64,000 nt of DNA from a cyanobacterium endosymbiont of Rhopalodia gibba (lineage in GTDB: Bacteria; Cyanobacteriota; Cyanobacteriia; Cyanobacteriales; Microcystaceae), in contig CP067995.1 of NCBI GenBank assembly GCA_045159875.1, positions 2,816,001-2,880,000 of the forward strand, read 5' to 3'. The notes below the pieces were generated by a model. It saw nothing but the letters and a program-made list of their open reading frames with translations, had not been told where the DNA came from and made no database searches. Below are positions 23,741-34,536 of the stretch, piece by piece (position 1 is the stretch's first letter; each line of letters opens with the position of its first letter). A program made the position numbers and the translations under genes.

Positions 23741-23787
23741 CAATTATTTTAAGCAGATAAATACTCTAACAAGAGCAAAAATTTAGC

Positions 23788-23833
23788 TAGAAATGATTAC
23801 ATAGAACTTTTAGAAATGATTACATAGAACTTT
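23788..23833 (+). repeat. 23-bp tandem duplication
   Basis: TAGAAATGATTACATAGAACTTT occurs twice in tandem. Confidence 0.9.
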
Positions 23834-23959
23834 TCATACATTGAGATCTTATCTGGTTAATAAATACTTTAAAAGTTAAATTTATATTAAGAAAATAATT
23901 TTCAGGAGAGTAATTGATTTAAGATACTTGTCTAAGTAAAGGAGTTTTTGGAGACCAAA

Positions 23960-24145
23960 ATGGAAGAAATGAACTTAGGCGACGTACTACGTTGGACTCC
24001 CGGAGCTAAGAGAAAATTAGGAAATGTTCCTTTTTTTGTGCGAACTCAAGCCCGTCAACGCATTGAGGCGTTCGCCAGGAAGATTGGTTCTCATAATGTT
24101 ACGGTTGAAATAGTCGAACAGGTTCGGTTAGAATCTGGACAGTGA
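23960..24145 (+). CDS. Small PCP_red-domain protein (protochlorophyllide reductase C-terminal-like)
   Basis: WTPGAKRKLGNVPFFVRTQARQRIE..AR......VT.EIV matches the PCP_red pattern; GGAG precedes the ATG at 23960. Confidence 0.75.
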   Translation: MEEMNLGDVLRWTPGAKRKLGNVPFFVRTQARQRIEAFARKIGSHNVTVEIVEQVRLESGQ

Positions 24146-24235
24146 TGTTTCTAAAAGACTTAAAACACTTCTTTTTTGAAAAGACTGTTTGTCAAGTGTA
24201 TCTTGAAACAGTTGTAGAATGTGTTTAAGTCACAC

Positions 24236-25322
24236 TAAGTAGGTAATCTTAAAGCAGTCTTAAATACAAGAGTGCTTTAACGAAAGTGATTGCTAGATAC
24301 TAGTCAGCCTAGGAATTAAACTAATACAATTAGAAAAACAGAAACTATCAAAGTTGACTCATGACACAGAAATTTTCTCCGGAAGGAGAATAAGAGTAGA
24401 AATATTGCATTCAAATGCAAGTTAGGTGAATTTATCAGAAAATATATTTATAAAAATAATTTCTAGATGAAATATTTCAGGGAGCAGAATGATTATGGGA
24501 CTCACCGAAAAAAAGAACAAAGAACTTGGAATGAGGAAGATGTCAAAAATCTTGAAGAGTTCTCAGGAAAGAATGAAACGACTTAATAATAGTCAGCCCT
24601 GATTTGAGGTTTTGGAAAAAATAGAAAAGTAAAATTAACCTTCGGAAGAATCTGTAAGGTTAGAAAAGAGAGCTGAAAATGGCACAGGATAAAAGTCAGG
24701 ACAATAATTGAGTCATCTCTTAGGAAGAGATAAGCTGAAGAATATGGCAAAACAATGGTTTAATTGAAGTAAAACTAGAAGAATAAGAAAAAAATATAAT
24801 TTTTTTCTAGTAAATTAGAGTTTTAAATTTAATCTTAAAGAAAGATAATAATACTAAGTAAAAGTATATAAAATTGCAAGAAAGATGTTTAAAAATAGAT
24901 ATAATTATACCAAAGTAGCCAAACAAAGTCTTTCTTAAATAAATTCTTTTAAAAAATTCAATTAAAGCAGTATAAGTCTAACTCTAATTATTTAGGCATA
25001 AAGTCTAATACAATTTGTCTTTTATGTTTATTGATAGCCGTCTACTTACACATTCAAAAACAATTAGAGTGGTCAGATTCCTTTATTTATAATAAAAAAT
25101 CTATAGGTTTAACAGGGAAATAAAAATATTATTAAACTTAATATATAGAATTAACTAGCAATATTTTAAGTCAAAAAACTTGTAAGTTAAAAATAAATGA
25201 AAGTTTCTAAATCCACAAGCTATTGTCTTAATCAACTTCAATCTATTATTAGTATTTTATACTTTACTTTAAATCATTTATTAATAAATACAGATAATAA
25301 TCTCTTAGATATACACCTACTT
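24236..25322 (+). mobile_element. Decayed IS630-family element (~1.09 kb)
   Basis: Ends TAAGTAGGT...ACCTACTT. Broken transposase-like fragments IKLIQLEKQKL, LWDSPKK and EEDVKNLEE, with many stops. Confidence 0.7.
24621..24886 (+). repeat. Right arm of the perfect 266-bp inverted repeat
   Basis: Exact reverse complement of 23475-23740. Confidence 0.95.
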
Positions 25323-26218
25323 TTCATATTTTTCTTTGTAAAGTAGATTAGTTTTTTATTCTAATTAACTATTTCTAATAATTACAATACTTAGCCTGGT
25401 TTTCTCTTAAAAAACATGAATTACTCTCTTAATTTATATTTTTAAAAAAAATTAGTAAGGTTTTATCCACATAGTTTAATTCAGCTTTTTATTCTTCAGA
25501 TGAAATTTTCTTCATTTTTAAGTAAAAAATATTTATTGTTGTTTAACATCAATATTTTTTACAAAAAGTATTTTTATCTGCTTAATCTATTGATTATTAT
25601 CTTTTTAATTAGATAATCAAAGTTTAATTTTTAGAACAAGATAAAAATATCTAATATTTTTTTACATTAATTTTCTTATAATATTTAGTCTTTTTTGTGA
25701 AAAGCAATTTTTACTAGGTATTAGCTATTTTGTCTTCTATTTTTTTGATATCTATAATTATTTTACTTACTTTTTTCTGGTTTAAGAGGTGATAATAAGC
25801 GATAGTGAAATCTACTGAATTTAGGATTTTATTTGTTAAAGTAAGTTGAAAAATTGTTATGCTCCTTAATAAGTATATTTCCGACTAAAAATTTTATCTT
25901 TAATTTATTTAAAAATAATGGGGCTTGTTTTATTTTTTAAAAATATTTGTACCCTGGTTCAATGTTATTTAACAATCTAAAATCATCGCCGATAAATTTA
26001 GATTGTTAAGAGCTTTTAGGTTTAATTAACAAGTAAAGGAAGTTAAGTAAAATCTATCTAGTAACCGTCGTTATTAGATAGATTATTAGCGATTATCTTA
26101 ACCAATTATTTCAGACTCTATAAATTACCTCAAACTTATACGTAATTTTCAATTTCTTAAGAGAGTATGTCAATGTTGTATCCATCTATGTGCTCTATAA
26201 TTTAACTTCTGTAATGTA

Positions 26219-26957
26219 GTCAAGCTTTTTGTTGACTACCCCCTGAACTAACCCCTCCCAATAATTTACCTGAATGTGCCGTCGTGATTGATGTTTTGCG
26301 GGCAACAACTACGATAGCCACTGCCTTAAATACTGGTGCAGAAGCAGTACAAGTGTTTAGTGACATTGATAACTTGAAAAAAGCCAGTGATTGCTGATTG
26401 CTGGCTCTCAGGAAAAAGTCTTCTCGCTGCCGAAAGAGGAGGAGTTCAAATAGAAGGGTTCGATCTAGATAATTCTCCACTCGTTTGTACCCCTGAAATA
26501 GTAAGGGATAAGCGGCTATTTTGACTACCACTAACGGCACTCGTGCTTTACAAAAGGTGAAAAACTTGACTACTGTAATCACCTCTGCTATGGTTAACCG
26601 TCAAGCAAGCGTGCGCTATTTGTTAGGTTTTCAACCAGAAACCATTGGTTTAGTTGGATCAGGATGGCAGGAAGGTTATTCTATCGAAGATACGATGTGT
26701 GCCTGAGCAATTGCCCAAGCTTTATTGTCGGCCAATGTCATACACTGTAGGGTGTAGGGAACGATGAAGTGCTTGCCGCAGTCACCCTTTATACCCAATG
26801 GCAAAAGAATTTACTTGAACTATTTCGTCAAGCAAGTCATGGTCAGCGATTACTAAGATAAAATCATGAGAAAGATTTAATGTACTGTGCTAAAAGCGAT
26901 GTTATGGAGGTGTTTCCAATTCAAAAAGAACCGGGCGGTTTAGTAAAATCATCCTAG
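26219..26957 (+). pseudogene. comB: 2-phosphosulfolactate phosphatase (ComB family) pseudogene
   Basis: [46 protein letters not shown] and QASHGQRL are present but interrupted by stops and frameshifts. Confidence 0.9.
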
Positions 26958-28316
26958 TTATTTCTGTGAAATAAGGGAAATAATTAATTTTTAAGAAGTT
27001 AGTGATTGAGATCAAGTCAAGTTAATGTAACTGAGTTTAAAGACACTCTAAAATCTAAATTGGTGGGAAGAGTTCATATATATCGCTTTATTGTGGCTAG
27101 AGCGGATAATTTCTTCCATTGGGTTATTAACATGGGACATAGCATAGCTCATCATGGGAGAATTTTCGTCCAGAAAAAAAAATTTTAAAATCAGTCCACT
27201 CCTATGATTGCTTGGTAGAGGATAGGACAATTGCTCTCAAACATGATTTAAAACTAGTTTTAATTACTACTATTCACGCCACAGAATATAGCCGCAATGA
27301 TAGTTTACATATAGAAAGTAAACACTATATTGCCAACTAAGAAGAAAATTATTATTGACAACACTTAACGGGTAATTATTCATAATATCATATGCGCCAA
27401 GAATTACAATATTTTTTATTCTCTTTGGGATAAAGTTAATATTATTTTCAATATTATTCGCCCTAAAAAGAAATAAAAATATCCTAAATTTTATCATTTA
27501 AATTTTCGGTATAATTTTACTAATGGTAATAAAAAGGTTATTTATGATGCGGGTTTAATTGTTTATAAAAAAGTAATTACTGTCTTAATTAAATACGGCA
27601 AAAAAAGTGCTTTATAAACTACGAAATTATGCAAAATTAGTCATCATTGATAGCAATAATACTGATAATTTGCCAATCTCAGCTGAGCAGCTAGAAATTG
27701 TGAATAAATGTAATTTTACTAGGGTCATATCTGATAAGAATTTAGATAAATTTAAAACTGGTTTTGATTGTGCACGGTTTCCTAGCTTGGATTAATCTTT
27801 TAGCATTTTTTCTGTTTTTTTGTGCTTAAAGTCTCTGTTTTAGTTTCGGAGCCAGAAGGACAACCAGAGGTAGTTTTTTATCTAAACACTGGTATCATCT
27901 CTCATGTTAATAACTCTGATTGTTTAGTATCAGCAATTTTATGTTATTTGATAAATTCTGATTATAGTCAATAGTTAATTGATAGTATTTATGAAGACTT
28001 ATGAAATTATTTTAGTTAATTAAAACTAGTCTAGAAGACTAGAAAAGTCTATTAATCGCTAAAAAACGATTAACTACTTGGAATTAATAGTTAATAGAAT
28101 GACAACAAAAAATTTATGATTTTTTTAAAAAATAGAGATATTAGTAGATAGATATAACAAAAGCCAATGAACTTTTCTTCTTTAATCAAGTAACTTAAAA
28201 TATATGTTCAAATAGAAAACAATATTTTTTTTTAAAAAAAACTAAATTTTTAACATAAATTCTATTAATATAGATTCTATCAATAGATTTTAAACCAATA
28301 GATATTAGTTTTAGAG

Positions 28317-28620
28317 TAAGTAGGTGGGCTTTAAAAAGTCTAAAAAAGTAAAGCAGTTAAAAACTAGTAGTTGCTTGATTTCAATCTGTCTAAAAATTTA
28401 GCTAACACAATCGAAAGACTAAGAACTGTCAAAGTTGGATCACTCCCCAGAATTACTTTTAGTTTTTTTAAAAAACATAAATTTTATATTTAAATATAAT
28501 AGATTTATCTTTTATAGCTATAAAAGAAGGATAAACAAAAAAGTAAAATCATTACATGTAAATTTTACTTTTTTATTTATCAATTATTCAAGAAAATTCA
28601 AGGAAGTAGTTCTATAAAAT
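28317..28620 (+). mobile_element. Truncated IS630 relic (left end)
   Basis: TAAGTAGGTGGGC terminus. The following CTGTCTAAAAATTTAGCTAACACAAT resembles relics near 24300, 42990 and 52180. Confidence 0.55.
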
Positions 28621-28625
28621 TCTAG

Positions 28626-29855
28626 TTATAAAGGTAAAGATCTTTCATTAAATATTTTCCAACATTCTTGAGCGATTGCCCAATCTTCTTCGGTATGAAT
28701 AATGAGAATCCTGACAGTTGAATCATCGGTTGCAATATCGGTATCTACTGGAAAATTATTGTTTTTTTTAGGGTCTAATTTCAATCCTATAAATCCAAAG
28801 GCTTCACAAGTTTTTTCACGGACAATAGCTGAATTTTCCCCTACTCCTGCGGTAAAAACTAATGTATCTAATCCCCCTAAACTGGCTAGCATTGCTCCTA
28901 AGTGTAATTGCAGACGATGAATATACATATCAAAAGCTAATTGTGCGCGGGGATTCCCTTCATTAACTGCTTGAATAATAGATCGCAGATCAGCAGAAAT
29001 ACCTGAGACTCCTTGAAACCCTGATTCTTTATTCAACATAGTATTTAATTGATTAGCTGTAAAGTTATATTTACGTATTAAATGAATTAAAATAGCAGGA
29101 TCAATAGAACCACTACGAGTTCCCATCATTAATCCTTCAAGTGGAGTAAATCCCATTGTTGTATCAATACTAATTCCATTCTTGATAGCTGCTAAAGAAC
29201 AACCATTTCCTAAATGACAGGTAATTAATTTTAAAGATGTTAGGGATTTATTTAAAATTTCAGATGTTTTTTCGGCACAATATTTGTGACTAATTCCATG
29301 AAAACCATAACGACGAATACCCTTTTCTAACCATTCATAAGGAATAGGATAAGCTGCTGATTTTAGTGGTATACGACAATGGAAGGCGGTGTCAAATACT
29401 GCTACTTGTGGAACATTTCCTAATACCTCTTCAATAGCTTGTATCCCATTAATCTGCGACGGATTATGGGTTGGGGCTAGTGGAATTAAGCGGGTAATTG
29501 CCGCTTTTACATCCGGAGTAATTAAAGTTGCTTTAGAATAGTCTGTGCCCCCATGAACCACCCGATGACCGACAATATTAATTTCTGAAAAATTTTTAAT
29601 TACTCTTGTTTTTCCTTGAATTAAGGTATTAAGCATTTGGGGTATTCCTTTATACAGATGGTTATAGTTTAGAACATTGGTTTTCCTAGTTCCATTAGCT
29701 TTAACCGTTAAAATACCTTGATGTTTAGCTACTGTCCAATCAATATTAGCCTTCCAAATGGGTTCTATAGAATGTTTAGGTAAATGATTATTAGTTAAGT
29801 TATATAAGCAACTTTTTTGACTACTTGAACCTGCATTAATGATTAAGATTTTCAT
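28626..29855 (-). CDS. ackA: Acetate kinase
   Basis: INAGSSS, GHRVVHGG, VFDTAFH, RYGFHG, CHLGNGCS, MGTRSG and FTAGVGEN motifs. Confidence 0.97.
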   Translation of the reverse strand: MKILIINAGSSSQKSCLYNLTNNHLPKHSIEPIWKANIDWTVAKHQGILTVKANGTRKTNVLNYNHLYKGIPQMLNTLIQGKTRVIKNFSEINIVGHRVVHGGTDYSKATLITPDVKAAITRLIPLAPTHNPSQINGIQAIEEVLGNVPQVAVFDTAFHCRIPLKSAAYPIPYEWLEKGIRRYGFHGISHKYCAEKTSEILNKSLTSLKLITCHLGNGCSLAAIKNGISIDTTMGFTPLEGLMMGTRSGSIDPAILIHLIRKYNFTANQLNTMLNKESGFQGVSGISADLRSIIQAVNEGNPRAQLAFDMYIHRLQLHLGAMLASLGGLDTLVFTAGVGENSAIVREKTCEAFGFIGLKLDPKKNNNFPVDTDIATDDSTVRILIIHTEEDWAIAQECWKIFNERSLPL

Positions 29856-30742
29856 AGCTAATTTATTTATTAAATCTGATATTATTTTGTTTTTATCAGA
29901 GTTGTACTATGTTAAATTAAGTGGACAGGACATTCAGAGTTTAATCTTTATAGGCAGTATAATCCCAGAGACTATATTTCCCTCATTTAATACTGCATTG
30001 GGAGAATATTGAGCAATACAATATTAACGAGAGGCAGATACTTGATAGTTACAACAATAATCAATTAACTAACTTAAATTAACTCTATTATTTCGATATT
30101 CTTCTATATTAGCATTGAGAATCTCTAAATTGTTAGTTTCAGAATAAAATTCTATGACAAAGTATAGTGGTAAATCAAAAAAAATATTTTTTCTTCACCC
30201 CATCTCAAAGGCTAATAATTATTAGCTATAAATGCAGTTTCATAGGAAGAAAACTTACTGTTAGGCAGTTTAAGCAATGTATGAAAACTAGAAATATCTC
30301 CTCATTTGTTATAAGAAAAAAATGAGGCAGATGCTTGAAATTATCAATTTTTTAATATTTTTTCTTATGTGTCCCTATATGTCGTTGTTAATTAAATTAG
30401 ATTAATCTTTTATTGATCTTCAAATTATTGGGAAATAAATAATATTAAATTCTTATGAAAATTAGCTAAATTTACATCATCTTATCCCAGTAAATTAATA
30501 AAAAATATGGAAAAAATTAGATTTTAAAGAGATTTAAATCAGTTATAGCTAAAATTTAATCTAAGTTTTTTACTCTCTATTCTTTCGGCTAACTAGTTAA
30601 TTTTTAGATTATGACTCTTATACTATACTATAGAATTTATATAGAGTGAAAATATCCTTTTCTTTGTTGTAGTAAATTGTTTGTATTTTTTAATTTATAA
30701 ATTTACTTTTTATCTATTTATTCTTTATCTACTTATTTTTTA

Positions 30743-31069
30743 TCATTCTTTACTATGCTTGAATTTAGCATGAGCTATTTTAAGTTTTAAAAACCCTCCT
30801 AATCCTGCCATTACTAAGAAAAAAAGAACAGTAATAGATTGGGGAACAGCCAAAGAAATAATTGAATTTTGCACCTCTAAAATATTCTGAGCCCTTGATG
30901 GGACAGGCTGTTTTAAAATTAACTTTACAGGAGTAGTTTTTAAATTATTGTGAGTTTCAGCTTGATTAAAATTAGTATAACCATCAACACTGAATGTTAA
31001 AGAATTTCTTATGGTTAAAACAAGAGTAGCAGCGGAAGTTGCTACCACGAATCTATTAATTACAGTCAT
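30743..31069 (-). CDS. Small signal-peptide protein with a degenerate PEP-CTERM-like tail (possibly a remnant)
   Basis: N-terminal hydrophobic stretch; C-terminal AVPQSITVLFFLVMAGLGGFLKLK plus a basic tail. Confidence 0.5.
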   Translation of the reverse strand: MTVINRFVVATSAATLVLTIRNSLTFSVDGYTNFNQAETHNNLKTTPVKLILKQPVPSRAQNILEVQNSIISLAVPQSITVLFFLVMAGLGGFLKLKIAHAKFKHSKE

Positions 31070-31365
31070 TTGTGTAAAAATCTTAACAAGTATAAAGTAT
31101 CTTGGCGGACATTATATATGATTGTTTAAATACTTTTTATTTTTTAATGTAAATTTTATATTTTACTCACTTAAGTAAATATGTATTAATAGTTTCAATA
31201 TCTGAAAGCTATTCTCTTAATACTGAAACAATATTTGGACTTTGTATTTTTACAAAACTCAAATTTTTGTGCTGAATCTATCTTGATGATTAAAATTTAT
31301 TAAGTTATTTTTTGAACTACAAATAGAACAACATCTATACTAAAAGACAGAAGTAGATTATCGGT

Positions 31366-32267
31366 TTGTCTATGTTTATTTCAAAGGACTTAACTCGTCA
31401 TGGACTAAAAGTGAGTATACTCACTGGACTGAGTAGTTTATTCTTACCCAGTTCCATCCTAGCCCAAACTAACTTGGACAACTTAATGGTTGAATTTTGT
31501 CAAAAGTCTATTGAAATAAAAGTAGCAGCCACTGAAGATCTAAAAAGATGGGTAGAAATATCTTCTGACACCGCAGAGTGATTGCCGATTTCTAAGACAG
31601 AGCATAAAATTAAGGGAGCAGCACGTTTACGTTCTGGGAATAATTGGCAATCCCTTACCTATAACTGTTTAGTTGACGGGAGTGAAAAACTCCTAACTCA
31701 AGTCAACTACAACTTAGATAAAAACGGACCCTGACTAAGCTAAGTATCCAATCATGTCAAGAAGAACTGTGAGCAACTGTTAAACGAGATATGAATGGTT
31801 CGGTGTAATTTAAAGATAGCCTGGAAACTTATTGTGTGTCCAGCAACGAAGAAGAAGTCAGATGGGCTTTTATGGTCAAAGAGACTCAGAATAGATTACA
31901 ACGAAATCATTATTTTAATTGTAAATTCAATCTTCGGGAAAGACGGGTAACAAAACTTATTTATAGTCTTGACAGTAGCAACCGCCCCACCGCCAGTGAT
32001 GAACGAATGATTTTGCTGTGTCAGGATGCTGTCCGTCAACAAGTCTCTCAAAATCGAATTGATCTAGGAGAAATTGTAGGGATTAGCATTGGAACCAGAC
32101 AGAGTGTTGAATTTGGAGAATCGGTTAATATTTTTGATATTTCAGATAATCAAAAAAGGGGAGAAGGAAATCTCACATTGTTAAAAGGCTCAAAACAGTA
32201 TCAGGTTAGTTATAAATGTACTGTTAACATTTGTCAGGGAATTATAACTGAAACTACGATACAATAA
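31366..32267 (+). pseudogene. Secreted repeat-domain hypothetical protein, interrupted
   Basis: Signal peptide (...SILAQ) then three CQ......Y/FxCxV/F modules, split by TGA at 31579 and further stops or a frameshift near 31730-31835. Confidence 0.6.
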
Positions 32268-32332
32268 TTTAGAGCAAACCGAACTCTACAATTTTAATTT
32301 TTATTCCACTTTAGTATAAATAAAAAAGGTTA

Positions 32333-33406
32333 ATGAGTAACTATAATTCCAGTCAAATTCAACAAATACGAGAATTAGGGGCTTATTTGTGCCAACAAAG
32401 ATTGCATCGCTCCTTAACCATAGAGCAAATAGCGACAAGTACCTTCATTCACTTATCTATGCTAAAAGCTCTTGAACAAGGGCAGGTCAATGAATTACCC
32501 GAACTCGTCTATGTGCGAGGCTTTGTGCGCCGTTATGGAGAAGTCTTAAATCTCGACGGACATAGCTTAGCTGATCGGCTTCTCCTCCAGCCAGTTGAAG
32601 AATCTTCTTCTGAAATTTCCCCTGAATTCTCGATCCCCCTACTAGTTAAATCTTTGGGAGAAGGTTTGTCGTCCTTCTTAGGATGCACACAAACAACCGC
32701 AAAAATACGAAAAAAATCGTCTTCTTTCCTAAAAAATTTAATATCCGTGACTGATGAAGAGTTATCGATTCCTCTCATTCCTTTGCCGTCTACACTCAAA
32801 GTTTGTGGGTTTGTTTTCCTCTTAGTAGGAGCTGTAACGGGACTTTTTTATATATTCTCTGTTTTTGAATTTTCTTCCCAAAACAAAACTTCCGAAGTGG
32901 GAAAATTCCTGTTAAAAGAGACTAAAAACCTAGCCAACCGAAAATCTCAAACTGCTTCCAATATCCTTGAACCTGTTTTCCCTAAGTCCAATATTACCCC
33001 GGCTGCCCAAAATGTAATTCAAAAGCCAGTAGACGATAGCAAGGAAAAACCATCAGTCTTTACTTCGGTAAATACGGACATAAGTGAGAATAGTGCTCCG
33101 AGTACTAGTAATGCTACTTCTGAATTACCCCAAAAGCTAATCCTTTCAAGCCTCAATTCAAATAGTCCTGTAGCTGTCTCTATTGTCCTGGAAGAGGATT
33201 CTTGGATGAGGATTAAGATAGACGGTAAAATTAAATATGAAGGGATTTTAGTAAAAGGCACTCAGCAAACCTGGACTGCCCAAAAAACTTTGATTATTCG
33301 GGCTGGTAATGCGGGAGCAGTCAACCTTGTCGTTAATGACCAGCCTAGCCGAAAGTTGGGAAATATTGGTGAAGTACAAGAAGTTACCCTAACTACTAAT
33401 AGTTGA
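32333..33406 (+). CDS. rodZ: RodZ-like HTH plus DUF4115 membrane protein
   Basis: N-terminal HTH (ALEQG...LPELVYVRGFVRRYG..LNLDG), a single TM, and C-terminal SWMRIKIDG...IRAGNAGAV. Confidence 0.8.
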   Translation: MSNYNSSQIQQIRELGAYLCQQRLHRSLTIEQIATSTFIHLSMLKALEQGQVNELPELVYVRGFVRRYGEVLNLDGHSLADRLLLQPVEESSSEISPEFSIPLLVKSLGEGLSSFLGCTQTTAKIRKKSSSFLKNLISVTDEELSIPLIPLPSTLKVCGFVFLLVGAVTGLFYIFSVFEFSSQNKTSEVGKFLLKETKNLANRKSQTASNILEPVFPKSNITPAAQNVIQKPVDDSKEKPSVFTSVNTDISENSAPSTSNATSELPQKLILSSLNSNSPVAVSIVLEEDSWMRIKIDGKIKYEGILVKGTQQTWTAQKTLIIRAGNAGAVNLVVNDQPSRKLGNIGEVQEVTLTTNS

Positions 33407-33460
33407 ATATCAGTTTCTGCTGAGGATCAATCACCTCTGACCTCTACTCTATGATTTTTG

Positions 33461-33733
33461 TTAAACTCCTTCAAGGAAAGCCAAAGGATCAGCAATAGAG
33501 ATCGATGGGACTTCAAATTCGCCTTTAATAACAAATTCTAAACGTAACTTTAGCCAAGTAATAATCTCTCTGAATTCTAGAGCTTCTATAAAATCGGGTT
33601 GTTTAATCAACCAAAAATCAATTTTTTTATTTATCTCTTCAGAGAGAAGTGTTCTTTCGCTAAACACTTCATCAAGGGGCTCTTCTTCTACAAGAAAACG
33701 TTGGCTGGCTAAAACGTAATAGTAGGTTGTCAT
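33461..33733 (-). CDS. ycf54: Ycf54 (MgPME cyclase accessory protein) with an internal in-frame deletion; possible pseudogene
   Basis: MTTYYYVLASQRFLVEEEP, IDFWL.KQP.F and ITWLKLRLEFV motifs; only 90 aa. Confidence 0.8.
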   Translation of the reverse strand: MTTYYYVLASQRFLVEEEPLDEVFSERTLLSEEINKKIDFWLIKQPDFIEALEFREIITWLKLRLEFVIKGEFEVPSISIADPLAFLEGV

Positions 33734-33813
33734 TGGTCAGTGATTAATATCTAATTACTCAAGATCAATTGTTAATCATCAAAAAATTTTTTAGGTTAAG
33801 GATCATTAATAAT

Positions 33814-34536
33814 TTAGAATTTTCCTCTCATAGTTAGTTTCATTTCTCGGACTGCTCGTTCCATTCCTACTAACACGGCACGACTAACAATAGTATGACC
33901 GATATTCAATTCTTCTATCCCCGGTAAACAAGTGACAGGGTAAACATTCTGATAAGTTAAACCATGACCAGCATTTACTCGTAATCCCAAGTTTAATGCT
34001 TGTGTGCATCCTCGTCTTAAAAATTCTAACTCTTTTTGGCGTACTACATAGTTAGGAGCATCTGCATATTTACCCGTGTGGAGTTCAATAAATTGAGCTT
34101 GGGTGTCGGCTGATGCTTGAATCTGGGTTTCTTGTGCATCGATGAATAAACTTACTGGAATGTCTGCACTTTGCAAGCAGGTAACAATTTCTTTTAGACG
34201 ATAATAATTCCCTACAATGTCTAATCCTCCTTCGGTAGTTACTTCTTCTCGCTTTTCAGGAACTAAAGTCACGTAATCTGGTTTAATGTCGAGGGCAAGC
34301 ACAACCATTTCATCAGTGGCAGCCATTTCCAAATTTAAATGAGTGCGAACAGTTTTACGCAACAACCGCACATCTATATCTTGAATATGACGACGATCTT
34401 CCCTGAGATGGGTAGTAATACCATTTGCCCCTCCTAATTCTGCCAAGACAGCAGCAGCGATGGGATTAGGCTCCACCGTACGTCTGGCTTGGCGGATGGT
34501 GGCTACATGATCAATATTAACACCGAGAGTCAGCAA
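33814..34536 (-). CDS. pdxJ: Pyridoxine 5'-phosphate synthase
   Basis: [37 protein letters not shown] and ELNIGH motifs. Confidence 0.97.
   Translation of the reverse strand: MLTLGVNIDHVATIRQARRTVEPNPIAAAVLAELGGANGITTHLREDRRHIQDIDVRLLRKTVRTHLNLEMAATDEMVVLALDIKPDYVTLVPEKREEVTTEGGLDIVGNYYRLKEIVTCLQSADIPVSLFIDAQETQIQASADTQAQFIELHTGKYADAPNYVVRQKELEFLRRGCTQALNLGLRVNAGHGLTYQNVYPVTCLPGIEELNIGHTIVSRAVLVGMERAVREMKLTMRGKF

Noticed and set aside
23788..23833. CRISPR array
   Set aside because: Only two adjacent 23-bp copies with no spacer, and no cas genes in the window.
23475..24886. Active composite transposon or MITE pair
   Set aside because: The arms are internal pieces of a dead transposase rather than IS termini. 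There is no transposase ORF and no target duplication that I could see.
27006..28617. Small ORFs at 27006, 27048, 27270, 27607 and 28435
   Set aside because: Low-complexity AT-rich translations with no motifs; probably pseudogene or IS debris that I cannot assign.
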